Of a stretch of 64,000 nucleotides of DNA, positions 32,851 through 42,336 are shown piece after piece; within the stretch, counting starts at the first letter, position 1; each line of letters begins with the position of its first letter. A program made the translations under genes and the position numbers. Below the pieces are notes generated by a model. It searched no databases, was not told the DNA's origin, and worked only from the letters and a program-made list of their open reading frames with translations. Source of the DNA: Archangium sp. (lineage in GTDB: Bacteria; Myxococcota; Myxococcia; Myxococcales; Myxococcaceae). The stretch lies in the NCBI RefSeq assembly GCF_031412795.1, contig NZ_JANODR010000017.1, forward strand, positions 1-64,000. Reading direction: 5' to 3'.

Positions 32851-34118
32851 GGGGTGGTGGTCCCGCAGGTGGAGGGATTGGTGCTGGCCGGGCAGGCGTC
32901 CGTACCTTGGGAGAGCTCGGGGACGGGAACCAGCAGGTGGGTGGCGAGCTGGGTGCACAGCTTGTTGCGCAGATCGAACGCCTCGCGCGGGAGGTGCTGG
33001 ACGATGGCCCGGACGGCCACGCCCAGGGTGAAGTTCGACTGGTTGGCCAGGTTGTTGCGCGTGAGCTGGGCGAGGCCGGGCTTGGCCACGTTCGTGTCCG
33101 AGTAGGCGTCCGCCACCGCCTTCGCCAGCACCTGCCGCTCCGCCTGGTTGCCGGCGGACTTGAAGAGCGCCGTCGCGATCATCGTGCCCACCTGGTACTC
33201 GCGGCCGCTGAACGCGGTGAAGTTGGTGAGCTGCAGCTGCTGGTACAGCTCCTGCGTCATGCAGTTGCGCGGATTCGTCAGGTCACGGTCGTCCACCGTG
33301 GAGCCCTCGAAGGAGCTGGACAGGATGCGCGTGTTGCAGCCGAAGCGGCTCTCGCACGAGGCCGCGTAGGCGTGGAAGTCCGCCAGGCCCTCGTCCATGG
33401 ACTTGAGGACGTTGAGGCCCGGGGTGGACTGACCCCCGGCGAGCGACCAGGACAGGATGGCCTGGGGCAGGGCGCTGCCGCCATACACCCGGCGGTTGAA
33501 GACGAGGTGCGCGTACTCGTGCGTGAGGATGGAGGCGTTGATGGCCAGCGGTGCGGTCTGCACCTCCTCGAAGGGCAGCACCAGGAAGGACTTCGTCGGC
33601 GCGAAGAAGAGCGCGTTGTCCAGCTGCGGGTCGGCGCTCACGTCGGCGAGGACGAACTCGGGGAAGTAGTAGGCCGTCGTCTGGGGCAGCTCCTCCTCGC
33701 GCACCCCCGTGGTGGTGCGGAAGTAGTCCCAGGCGCGCTCGAAGTTGTAATACGTGGTGACGAGGTTCCACGTGTGGAAGTCCGCCGGCCACAGCACGCC
33801 CTGTGCGTCGGTGATGTAGCTGGCGGCGACGGGGCGTCCCTCCTTCTTCAACAGCGCCTTGCCCACGGCCTCCTCGGTGGTGGCGGCCTGGAGCTCGGGA
33901 TCATTCGAATCCAACTGGATGCTCGCGCCGCCCACGAGTCGGGCGACCTTGCCCTCCAGGGAGACGATGTTGGTGACCGTCTTGAGCTCCACTTCCTGGG
34001 GCTCGTACGCGCCATTGCTGGAGCGCACGAGCGCTCGCACCTTCACGGGGGCCTGGGTCTCCGGCGCGCAGGAGGCGAGCATCGCGAGCGCGGCGACGGC
34101 TGTCAGCTTTCGGACCAT
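32847..34118 (-). CDS. Lipoprotein, putative zinc metalloprotease (HExxH)
   Basis: Lipobox LASC. HEYAHLVF zincin motif. ATGA overlap with the downstream OMP gene. Confidence 0.65.
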   Translation of the reverse strand: MVRKLTAVAALAMLASCAPETQAPVKVRALVRSSNGAYEPQEVELKTVTNIVSLEGKVARLVGGASIQLDSNDPELQAATTEEAVGKALLKKEGRPVAASYITDAQGVLWPADFHTWNLVTTYYNFERAWDYFRTTTGVREEELPQTTAYYFPEFVLADVSADPQLDNALFFAPTKSFLVLPFEEVQTAPLAINASILTHEYAHLVFNRRVYGGSALPQAILSWSLAGGQSTPGLNVLKSMDEGLADFHAYAASCESRFGCNTRILSSSFEGSTVDDRDLTNPRNCMTQELYQQLQLTNFTAFSGREYQVGTMIATALFKSAGNQAERQVLAKAVADAYSDTNVAKPGLAQLTRNNLANQSNFTLGVAVRAIVQHLPREAFDLRNKLCTQLATHLLVPVPELSQGTDACPASTNPSTCGTTTP

Positions 34119-34250
34119 GGGGCCCTTCTTACTATGGGACCGGTGGGCACCTGAAGCCGGGGGGGGCCCCCTCTCGGATTCCTTGACGCACCGTTTCCAC
34201 GCTCTCTATGGTGCCCCCCTTCAACCCCCCCCCTCAGTGCAGGCGGTGTC

Positions 34251-36071
34251 ATGGCGGTCCCGTTCATTACCGAGGTCAAGCGTACCCATACTTGCGGGCA
34301 GCTCACCAAGGCCAACATCGGCGAGGAGGTCGTCCTCTTCGGCTGGGTCCAGAACCGTCGAGACCACGGCGGCGCGGTCTTCATCGACCTGCGTGACCGG
34401 GAGGGTCTCACCCAGGTGGTCTTCGAGCCGGACATCGCCAAGGAGGCGCACGAGCTGGCGGGTCAGCTGCGCCTCGAGTACTGCATCGGCATCAAGGGCA
34501 AGGTCGCCTCGCGCGGCACCCAGGTCAACCCCAAGCTCAAGACGGGGGAGATCGAGATCAAGGCCTCGGACCTGACCATCTTCAACCGCTCCGAGCCCAC
34601 GCCCTTCCTCGTCGAGGACAACATCGACACGGCGGAGGAGAAGCGCCTGGCGTACCGCTTCCTGGATCTGCGCCGGAAGCCCCTGCAGCAGTCGCTGATG
34701 ACGCGTTCCAAGATGAACGCCATCACCCGCTCCTACATGGTGGACAACCGCTTCCTGGAGCTGGAGACGCCCTTCATGGGCAAGTACACGCCGGGTGGCG
34801 CGCGCAACTTCCTCGTCCCCAGCCGGCTCAACCCAGGCAAGTTCTACGCCCTGGCCGAGAGCCCCCAGCTCTACAAGCAGCTCTTCATGGTGGCGGGCTT
34901 CGACCGCTACTTCCAGATCGTCAAGTGCTTCCGCGACGAGGACCTGCGCCTGGACCGGCAGCCCGAGTTCACGCAGATCGACGTGGAGATGAGCTTCGTC
35001 ACCCAGGACGACATCTTCACCATCATCGAGGGGCTCATCAAGAAGCTGTGGGGCGAGGTGCTCGGCATCGACATCCCCACGCCCTTCATGCGGATGGACT
35101 TCTATGAGTCCATGGCGAAGTACGGCAACGACAAGCCGGACCTGCGCTTCGGGCTGGAGCACGTCGTCCTCACGGACCTCATCCGCGAGCACGGCGCTGG
35201 CGGTGGCGTGCCGATGATGCTGGAGGCGGTGCAGGACAAGGGCATCGTCAAGGCCATGGTCATTCCCGGCGACAAGCCGATGAGCCGCGCCGAGAGCGAC
35301 AAGCTGGAGGAGTTCGCCAAGCAGAACGGCGCCAAGGGCCTGGCCCGCGCCAAGGTGGGCGAGGGCGGTGAGTGGACGCAGTCCCCGCTGTCCAAGACGA
35401 TCTCCCCGCCGCTGCGCCAGGCCATCAACCAGGCGTGCAACGCGAAGACGGGCGACCTGCTGGTGTTCCAGTTCGGCCGCGAGTCGCTGGTGCACACGGT
35501 GATGGCGAACCTGCGCGTGCACGTGGCCAAGAAGCTCGGGCTCATCCCCGAGTACGGAAGCGGCGGCGTGTGGAAGTTCCTCTGGGTCGTCAACCCGCCC
35601 CTCTTCGAGTACGACGAGGAGAGCAAGACGTGGGCGGCGGCGCACCACGCCTTCACCCGGCCGCACGACGGGGACGTGCAGTACCTGCTGACGGATCCGG
35701 GTCGCGTGAAGTGCCACCGCTACGACGTGGTGCTCAACGGCTTCGAGATCGGCGGCGGCTCCATCCGTCTGCATGACCCCAAGGTGCAGGCGGAGGTGTT
35801 CAGGGCGCTGGGCATCTCGGACGAGGACGCGAAGGCGAAGTTCGGCTTCCTGCTGGACGCGCTCAAGTTCGGCGCGCCGCCGCACGGTGGCATCGCGCTG
35901 GGCATGGACCGGCTGGTGATGCTGCTGACGGGCGCCGAGTCCCTGCGTGACGTCATCCCGTTCCCCAAGACGAAGACGGGCACGGACACGATGACGGGCG
36001 CTCCGGGAGACGTGGACGAGAAGCAGCTGCGCGAGGTCCACGTGCGCACCGTGCCGCTGCCGCAGAAGTGA
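34251..36071 (+). CDS. aspS: Aspartate--tRNA ligase
   Basis: 606 aa. Class II aaRS motifs (FRDEDLRLDRQPEFTQID; GGGSIR). N-terminal OB anticodon-binding domain. Confidence 0.95.
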   Translation: MAVPFITEVKRTHTCGQLTKANIGEEVVLFGWVQNRRDHGGAVFIDLRDREGLTQVVFEPDIAKEAHELAGQLRLEYCIGIKGKVASRGTQVNPKLKTGEIEIKASDLTIFNRSEPTPFLVEDNIDTAEEKRLAYRFLDLRRKPLQQSLMTRSKMNAITRSYMVDNRFLELETPFMGKYTPGGARNFLVPSRLNPGKFYALAESPQLYKQLFMVAGFDRYFQIVKCFRDEDLRLDRQPEFTQIDVEMSFVTQDDIFTIIEGLIKKLWGEVLGIDIPTPFMRMDFYESMAKYGNDKPDLRFGLEHVVLTDLIREHGAGGGVPMMLEAVQDKGIVKAMVIPGDKPMSRAESDKLEEFAKQNGAKGLARAKVGEGGEWTQSPLSKTISPPLRQAINQACNAKTGDLLVFQFGRESLVHTVMANLRVHVAKKLGLIPEYGSGGVWKFLWVVNPPLFEYDEESKTWAAAHHAFTRPHDGDVQYLLTDPGRVKCHRYDVVLNGFEIGGGSIRLHDPKVQAEVFRALGISDEDAKAKFGFLLDALKFGAPPHGGIALGMDRLVMLLTGAESLRDVIPFPKTKTGTDTMTGAPGDVDEKQLREVHVRTVPLPQK

Positions 36072-36123
36072 GCGGAGCGGCGCGGACCGCCTCCCGGAGC
36101 CCGGGAGGCGGGGGAGTCCGGCA

Positions 36124-36672
36124 TTAGCGCTTGAAGGTCAGCGACAGGTTCACCGAGCCCGTGTAGTCGGCGGTCGGAGGGGCGTCGAACTTGACCTGGG
36201 TGCTCCCGTTGAAGCCCTGGTAGTTGAGGTTGCCGCCCGTGTTCGTCGGGCTGGGCACCGAGTCGAGCGTCAGCGACGCCGTGCCGATGTCCCCGCCGAA
36301 GCCCAGCTGGACGTCGTACTGCTTGTCCGCATCCGTCGAGAAGACGGAGCCGGTGGCGTTCTTCATGGTGGCGCCCGTGAAGGTGCCCGTCTTGACGTCG
36401 CCCGTGAGGGTGATGATGAGGTTGTCGACGCTCTTGAGGGTGCCGCTGCCCGTCGCGGGCGTGAGCTCGATGGTGAAGTCGACCTCGTTGTTGTTGGCGA
36501 ACTTCGTCGCCTCGACGGTGCAGGAGCGGACAGTGCCGGTGATGGCGCCGCTGAAGGTGCCCGTGCACGTCCCCGTGGTGTTGCCCCCGCCGCCGTCGCC
36601 GCCGTTTTCTTCCGTGCAGGCGGCCAACGATAGCGCCACCACTGCTCCCAGAATCCGCCAGGTGTTCTTCAT
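36124..36672 (-). CDS. Gly/Thr-rich lipoprotein (hypothetical)
   Basis: Lipobox LSLAAC with GGAGG RBS. Beta-rich. Confidence 0.55.
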   Translation of the reverse strand: MKNTWRILGAVVALSLAACTEENGGDGGGGNTTGTCTGTFSGAITGTVRSCTVEATKFANNNEVDFTIELTPATGSGTLKSVDNLIITLTGDVKTGTFTGATMKNATGSVFSTDADKQYDVQLGFGGDIGTASLTLDSVPSPTNTGGNLNYQGFNGSTQVKFDAPPTADYTGSVNLSLTFKR

Positions 36673-36796
36673 GGGTGTTCCTCCGGACGGGCAACAGCGC
36701 CCGCGTCCCACCTCATGCGCACCGCGGAGCCGCACGTCAACAAGATGATGGGCGGCTCGTGCTAAAGAGACACCCTCCTCAGGAGGGCAAGGGTCG

Positions 36797-37714
36797 ATGA
36801 AGACGTTCCTCGTGGTGAATCCGCACAGCGCCGGTGGGCAGACGGGCAAGCGTTGGGCCGAAATCTCCGGCCACGTCACCCGGAAGATCGGCGACTTTGG
36901 CTTCGGGTTCACCGAGCGTGCCATGGATGCCGTCCGCCTGACGCGCGATGCGCTCACGGATGGCTATGAGTGCATCGCCGCCGTTGGAGGCGACGGCACC
37001 ATCAACGAGGTCGTCAACGGCTTCTTCCGCGAGGGCAAGGCCCTCAACCCGAACGCGGCCCTGGGGCTCATTCCGCGCGGCACCGGCGGTGACTTCCGGC
37101 GGGCCTTCGGGTGGGACCTGGAGCTGGAGTCCGCCCTGGAGCGGCTGCGCTCCGACAAGACGGAGCCCTTCGACGTGGGGCTCGCCGAGTACCTCAACCA
37201 CCAGGGGCAGAAGGAGTCGCGCTACTTCGCCAACATCGCCTCCTTCGGCGTGAGCGCCGCGGTGGCCCACGAGGTGAACACGGGCAGCAAGGCGCTCGGT
37301 GGCAACCTGAGCTTCCTGTGGGGCACGGTGAAGACCCTGGCCCGCTACAAGGACCTCACGGTGCGCCTGCGCGTGGACGGGGGCGAGCCCGAGGAGATGG
37401 GCATCACCGTCGTCGCCGCCTCCAACGGGCGCTACTTCGGCAGTGGCATGTGCGTGGCCCCCAAGGCCGTCACCCACGACGGGCTCTTCGACCTGACGCT
37501 CTGGCACGACTACGGCCTGTCCGACTTCATCATCAAGTCCAAGGGCGTCTACAACGGTGACCACATCACCTGGAAGAAGACGCGTTACTCCCAGTGCCGC
37601 TCCCTGGAGGCCGAGAGCGACCAGGAAGTGTTCCTGGAGATGGACGGCGAGGTGCCCGGCAAGCTGCCGTGCCGCATCTCCATCCTTCCCGGCGCCATCC
37701 GCCTGAAGGTCTAG
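36797..37714 (+). CDS. Diacylglycerol-kinase-family lipid kinase (YegS-like)
   Basis: VVNPHSAGG...; AVGGDGTINEVVNG DAGK catalytic motif. Confidence 0.85.
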   Translation: MKTFLVVNPHSAGGQTGKRWAEISGHVTRKIGDFGFGFTERAMDAVRLTRDALTDGYECIAAVGGDGTINEVVNGFFREGKALNPNAALGLIPRGTGGDFRRAFGWDLELESALERLRSDKTEPFDVGLAEYLNHQGQKESRYFANIASFGVSAAVAHEVNTGSKALGGNLSFLWGTVKTLARYKDLTVRLRVDGGEPEEMGITVVAASNGRYFGSGMCVAPKAVTHDGLFDLTLWHDYGLSDFIIKSKGVYNGDHITWKKTRYSQCRSLEAESDQEVFLEMDGEVPGKLPCRISILPGAIRLKV

Positions 37715-37845
37715 CCGAGCAGTGCGCTGACGTGCTGGCGCCGGGCCTGACTGCCTGGCGACCGGCCCTTCATTTTTTCGCGACTTTACCTTGGAAGTTC
37801 TACGATTCCGGCTTACTTTTAAAATAGAGTCAGCCGGAGCGTGCC

Positions 37846-38895
37846 ATGTCGGAGCGGGACCCCTCACAAATCGATCTCTTCACCGGGGCGCCGAGCGCCA
37901 CGCCAGCTCGTGGACGCCGACGCGGTCAGGAAGAGCCCGTGGGCCCCGCCGAGCAGCCCGAGGACGTGAGGGCGCTCGGCCAGCAGCTCCACCCGGGGCT
38001 CTACCTGGGCACCTCGTCCTGGACCTTCCCGGGCTGGAAGGGGCTGGTCTACGACCGTGGGGCCACCCCGTCGCGTCTGGCCCGCGAGGGGCTCGCCGCC
38101 TATGCCCAACACCCCGTGCTGCGCACGGTGGGCGTGGACCGGACCTTCTACGCCCCCATTCCGGCCTCCACCTTCGCCGAGTACGCCGCCCAGGTGCCCG
38201 AGGGCTTCCGTTTCCTCGTGAAGGCCCACGAGGCCTGCACCCTCGCGCGCTGGCCCCTGCACCAGCGCTATGGCGACCTGCGAGGTCAGTTCAATGACCG
38301 CTTCCTGGATGCGGCCTATGCGAGGGATCTCGTGGTGGCCCCCTTCGTCGAGGGCCTCGGGGAGAAGGCCGGGCCGCTCGTATTCCAACTGCCCCCGCAG
38401 GATCCGAGGGACCTCGGTGGGGTAGGGCCCTTCGTGGAGCGGCTGCACACCTTCCTCGCCGCGCTGCCTCGGGGGCCGCTGTATGCCGTCGAGCTGCGCA
38501 ACGAGGCCCTGCTCACGGACACCCTGGCCCAGGCGCTCTCGGACGTGGGCGTGTGCCCCGTGCTCGCGGCCTGGAAGGACATGCCTCAGGTGGAGCTCCA
38601 GGCCGTCCGGATGCGCGCCCTTCAGGCGCCGGCCCTGGTGGTGCGCTGGATGTTGCCGCCTCACCTCGACTACGAGGAGGCCCGCAAGCGCTACTTCCCC
38701 TTCGACCGGCTGGTGGAGGAGGACGTGCGCACGCGCGAGGCCATCGCCCGTGCCTCCGTCGCCGCCCTGGGCGCGGGCAAGCCCGTCTTCGTCACGCTCA
38801 ACAACAAGGCCGAGGGCAGCGCACCGCTTTCCGCCGTCCTTCTGGCGCGCAGCGTCATGTCGCGTACACGAAACACGCCCCATGTGGACTCTTGA
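37846..38895 (+). CDS. DUF72 family protein
   Basis: LYLGTSSWTFPGWKGLVY...FYAP signature of DUF72; about 55-aa N-terminal extension. Confidence 0.8.
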   Translation: MSERDPSQIDLFTGAPSATPARGRRRGQEEPVGPAEQPEDVRALGQQLHPGLYLGTSSWTFPGWKGLVYDRGATPSRLAREGLAAYAQHPVLRTVGVDRTFYAPIPASTFAEYAAQVPEGFRFLVKAHEACTLARWPLHQRYGDLRGQFNDRFLDAAYARDLVVAPFVEGLGEKAGPLVFQLPPQDPRDLGGVGPFVERLHTFLAALPRGPLYAVELRNEALLTDTLAQALSDVGVCPVLAAWKDMPQVELQAVRMRALQAPALVVRWMLPPHLDYEEARKRYFPFDRLVEEDVRTREAIARASVAALGAGKPVFVTLNNKAEGSAPLSAVLLARSVMSRTRNTPHVDS

Positions 38896-38970
38896 TCAGT
38901 CATACTGTGCGCGTAAGGTAGGGAATGTGGTGGCAGTGAACACCGGCGAGCCTGAGCACGCGACTTGCTA

Positions 38971-39234
38971 GGAGGGGCTGTCATGAAATCGGTCCTCATT
39001 GCAGCGCTCTTTGTCCGCATGTCAGCGGCCGGAGGGGCGGGCGTCGGTGCCGAGGGCGAGGGGCAACGTCCGGAAGCGACAGATTCCTGGGAAGACGTGC
39101 GTAAACATTTCTCCGCCCTGCGTAGCGAGCTTTCCACCTTGGAGACCGAATTTCAGGCGGCTCGGGAAAAGCACCGCGTCGACGCGGAGCGTCAGCAGCA
39201 GCAGTTGGAGAAGCAACGTCGTGGGCAGCCCTGA
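38971..39234 (+). CDS. Small ORF (hypothetical). Possibly the frameshifted N-terminal part of the Smr gene
   Basis: Only ORF-level evidence; coiled-coil-like; overlaps the Smr frame by 14 nt. Confidence 0.2.
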   Translation, partial: GGAVMKSVLIAALFVRMSAAGGAGVGAEGEGQRPEATDSWEDVRKHFSALRSELSTLETEFQAAREKHRVDAERQQQQLEKQRRGQP

Positions 39235-39553
39235 GTCGGAGGGCCCGGACGACGCGGAGTTCGACCCTGAAGCACCGGTGGAGCTTCCCGTGGATGGGAA
39301 CCTCGACCTGCACCTGTTCCACCCACGAGATGTGAAGGACGTGGTGACCGAGTACCTCTGGGCCTGCCGTCAGGAGGGTGTGCTCGAGGTTCGCATCATC
39401 CACGGCAAGGGCACGGGGGCCTTGAGGCGCACCGTGCAGTCCCTGCTCCCGAAGTTGCCCGAAGTGGAGTCGTTCCGCTCCGCCTCCGAGGCCGATGGCG
39501 GGTGGGGCGCCACCTGGGTCCAGCTGAAACCGCTGGAGCCTGGAGCGCGGTGA
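39221..39553 (+). CDS. Smr-domain protein
   Basis: [42 protein letters not shown] is the Smr domain core. GTG start in frame; an upstream start is not excluded. Confidence 0.65.
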   Translation: MGSPESEGPDDAEFDPEAPVELPVDGNLDLHLFHPRDVKDVVTEYLWACRQEGVLEVRIIHGKGTGALRRTVQSLLPKLPEVESFRSASEADGGWGATWVQLKPLEPGAR

Positions 39554-40971
39554 GCGCGCAGCCGCACGGGCGGCGACTCCGGAGCGGGAAGAATCCAGCG
39601 CTTGGGCGCCACTCCCTCCTCCTCCCGGGCGAGGTCCACCTCCGGGTCCACGAAGAGCACCGCGGGCCGCCCGTTGAGCGACACCCGCGCGTCGGCCCGC
39701 ACCTCGACCGGACCCAGGCCCCTGGCCTCGAAGTCGCGCGCGATGCGGTGGGCGAGCTGCAGGATGAGGTCGGGCTGTACGGACATCTCCCGCTCCTGGA
39801 GGCGGGTGAGGTACTCCCGGGGAGACACGTGCCACTCCCTGCCGGTGGCCGGAGCGCGGACCACGAACGTGACGCTGCCGTTCTTCTCCCGCGCCATCAC
39901 CCGCCACGAGAAACGCATGCCCTGCTCGTGCCACAGGACGTTGCCGCCGTAGAGGTGCGCCCTCAGCGGGAGCAGCAGCTGCAGCAGCCCGTAGGCCACC
40001 GCCACCCCGAGCCCCATCCGCCCCTTCCAGCCCGGTGAGGCCCCACCGCCGGAGGACTCGGGCACCGGGAGTGGCTCGGGCCGCGGACGCCTCGTGACGA
40101 GCGCCCTCAGGCGCGCCACCAGCCGTCTTGGCCAGGAGGGCTCGAAGAAGGCCAGCGCCGCGGTGCTCATGATGACGGGGAACATGCCGATCGGAAACAG
40201 CACCGAGGTGGCCGCGTGGAAGCCCAGCACCGCCCCGTACGCGAACGGGCGCAGCCGGCGCACCAGCATGAAGGCGACGATGGTGGTGTCGAAGAGGAAG
40301 CCCGCCCAGGCCGCGCCGTACGCCACCCAGCGCTGCTCGAGCAGCGGGCCCACCAGCGGCAGGCTCGTGCGCGCCGACAGCCAGATGTGGAGCGGCTGGG
40401 CGTGCAGCAGCCAGTCGGAGGTGAGCTTCGCCAGCCCCGCGTTCACGTACACCACGGCCACCTGGAAGCGCAGCAGGTACGTGCACCACGCCGGCAGCCA
40501 GTCGCGGCGCAGTCCCGGCCTCCGCCACGCATCCACGGAGAAGGCCCCGTGCGCCGGGATGAAGAACAGGAGCCCCAGCAGCAGGCTCACCAGGTAGTAG
40601 TGGTTGAGGTAGTTGCTCACGTCCACGAGCTGCACGTACGTGAACGCGACGAAGAGCAGCGCCACCGTCAGCCGGTAGAAGAGGCCCACCGCCAGGAACA
40701 CGCCCAGCACTCCCACGGCCGCGAAGACGGCGTGCAGCCACGGCGCGGGCAGCGCGTGCACCCAGCCAAAACCCCAATACGTGAAGTGGAACGCGGGCCG
40801 GGCGAAGAGGCTGTCCACCCAGCCGAAGGCGAGCAGGCGCGCCATCGACACGGCCACCATCAACCCCAGCGCCACCCGGAAGAACACCAGCGCCGCGAGG
40901 TCCCGCGGCGCCAGCAGCCAGTCCCAGACGCGCCGGGGCGCTCGCGGCGCCACCTCAGTCGTTGTCCCCAT
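39370..40971 (-). CDS. HTTM-domain (vitamin K-dependent gamma-carboxylase-like) membrane protein
   Basis: N-terminal HTTM signature ([14 protein letters not shown]..., [30 protein letters not shown]). The 3' 184 nt overlap the convergent Smr gene and the tail is low-complexity, so the true stop is uncertain. Confidence 0.8.
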   Translation of the reverse strand: MGTTTEVAPRAPRRVWDWLLAPRDLAALVFFRVALGLMVAVSMARLLAFGWVDSLFARPAFHFTYWGFGWVHALPAPWLHAVFAAVGVLGVFLAVGLFYRLTVALLFVAFTYVQLVDVSNYLNHYYLVSLLLGLLFFIPAHGAFSVDAWRRPGLRRDWLPAWCTYLLRFQVAVVYVNAGLAKLTSDWLLHAQPLHIWLSARTSLPLVGPLLEQRWVAYGAAWAGFLFDTTIVAFMLVRRLRPFAYGAVLGFHAATSVLFPIGMFPVIMSTAALAFFEPSWPRRLVARLRALVTRRPRPEPLPVPESSGGGASPGWKGRMGLGVAVAYGLLQLLLPLRAHLYGGNVLWHEQGMRFSWRVMAREKNGSVTFVVRAPATGREWHVSPREYLTRLQEREMSVQPDLILQLAHRIARDFEARGLGPVEVRADARVSLNGRPAVLFVDPEVDLAREEEGVAPKRWILPAPESPPVRLRAHRAPGSSGFSWTQVAPHPPSASEAERNDSTSGNFGSRDCTVRLKAPVPLPWMMRTSSTPS

Positions 40972-42175
40972 CCGTTCCCTCGGGCAGCTCCAGGTCCAGC
41001 ACGGTGACGAACTCCGTCTTGAGCACGTCCGTCACGCCCTTCACCGCGTCGTAGAGCGCGCGCATCGAGGCCTTGTCCTGGTCGAGCGCGTCGCGCAGGT
41101 CCGCCTCCTCGATGGCCGCGAGCGCCGCCTCGGCCGCCACCGCCCGCTCGCGCAGCTTCGTCGCGAGCGTCTCGGAGCCCACCGCCACCAGCACGTCGTC
41201 GAACCCCGTCCCCGCGTAGCCCGCGCCACAGCCCTCGGTCAGGCGCCGCAGGCCCACCAGGTTGGCGCGCAGGTTCGCCTTCGATCGCCCGGTGAAGGGC
41301 GACTCCAGCGCCTCCGGGCACGTGTCGCCCGCGCAGTCCCGGAGGCCGAGCGGCACCGCCAGCTTCTTGTCCTTCACCTCCGTCTCTACGTAGAAGAGGG
41401 CGTCGCTCAGCGCGTTGAGCGCGGCCTGCGTCGTGGGGAACACCGCGTTGCCCGTGCCAGCCGTCTCGAGCGTGCGCGAGAAGCCTCCCTTGTCCGTCTC
41501 CCACGCCTCCACGAGCCGCGCCGCGCGTCGGCGCACGTCGGCGGCCAGCACCGCGGCATAGGCCCGCTTGCGCGCCGCCAGCTCCTCGGCCGACAGCGCC
41601 GCCCACCCGCCCCCCGACACCACCGGAGAGCTCGCCGGGCACGCCGTGTCCCCCCCCTCGTGGAAGAGCAGGTACTCGAGCGGGAACAGCCCCCGCCGGT
41701 TCACCAGCGGAGCCGTCGGGAAGTCCGCCGACTCGTAGCCGCGCGAGACGAGCTGCTCCTCGACGGCGCAGCGGCTCACCAGCGGCCACGAGTAGATGTT
41801 GTCGCGCACGTCCGCGCCCCCGGGCAGGGCGCGCCGGGCCGCCGGCCCCACCTGCATCACCTCCACCACCTGCCAGGCCTCCATGGCCCGGTGGTACGCC
41901 GCGCGCGCGGCCTCGCGCGTACGGGCCTCGGGCCGGGCCGCCAGCGCCGCCACCGCCGTGTCCAGCTCCACCGCCGCGGCCTGGAACTCCCGCGCCGTCG
42001 TCAGCACGCACGCCCCGGCCGCACCCAGCAGCTCCGTGCGCGCCGTGGCCCCGGGCACCACCACCGGCGGCTTCGTCCCTCCCTCCCGGCACGCCGGCAG
42101 CAGCGTGAGGACGGCCAGCAGCAACATGCCCGCGGTGCGGCGGGCGGCTCTCGGATGGCTTCGCGTGTGCTCCAT
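40955..42175 (-). CDS. Imelysin-like (peptidase M75/IrpA-like) lipoprotein
   Basis: Lipobox LLPAC. Imelysin-like blocks (FPLEYLLFHEGG; ALNALSDALFYVETEVKDKKLAVPLG). 16-nt overlap with the downstream HTTM gene. Confidence 0.75.
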   Translation of the reverse strand: MEHTRSHPRAARRTAGMLLLAVLTLLPACREGGTKPPVVVPGATARTELLGAAGACVLTTAREFQAAAVELDTAVAALAARPEARTREAARAAYHRAMEAWQVVEVMQVGPAARRALPGGADVRDNIYSWPLVSRCAVEEQLVSRGYESADFPTAPLVNRRGLFPLEYLLFHEGGDTACPASSPVVSGGGWAALSAEELAARKRAYAAVLAADVRRRAARLVEAWETDKGGFSRTLETAGTGNAVFPTTQAALNALSDALFYVETEVKDKKLAVPLGLRDCAGDTCPEALESPFTGRSKANLRANLVGLRRLTEGCGAGYAGTGFDDVLVAVGSETLATKLRERAVAAEAALAAIEEADLRDALDQDKASMRALYDAVKGVTDVLKTEFVTVLDLELPEGTDGDND

Positions 42176-42278
42176 GCCTCGGCCCCTATCAGACGATTCT
42201 GAAAGTGACAACCATTCGCAAAATCGAGTCCGGCTTGACATTTCCAACTGTCCCAGTGTACCAAGCCGACCAAAATCT

Positions 42279-42303
42279 GCAATCGATAATCATTCTCAAT
42301 TGC
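42279..42303. promoter_or_regulatory. Fur-box-like palindrome (GCAATCGATAATCATTCTCAATTGC) in an AT-rich divergent promoter region
   Basis: GATAATCATTCTC matches 12 of 13 positions of the Fur consensus half GATAATCATTATC. Flanked by the inverted repeat GCAAT...ATTGC. A TTGACA -35-like hexamer lies about 40 bp upstream. Confidence 0.4.
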
Positions 42304-42336
42304 GGAGCGCGACTTTCGGATTTCCAACGAGAGGGC

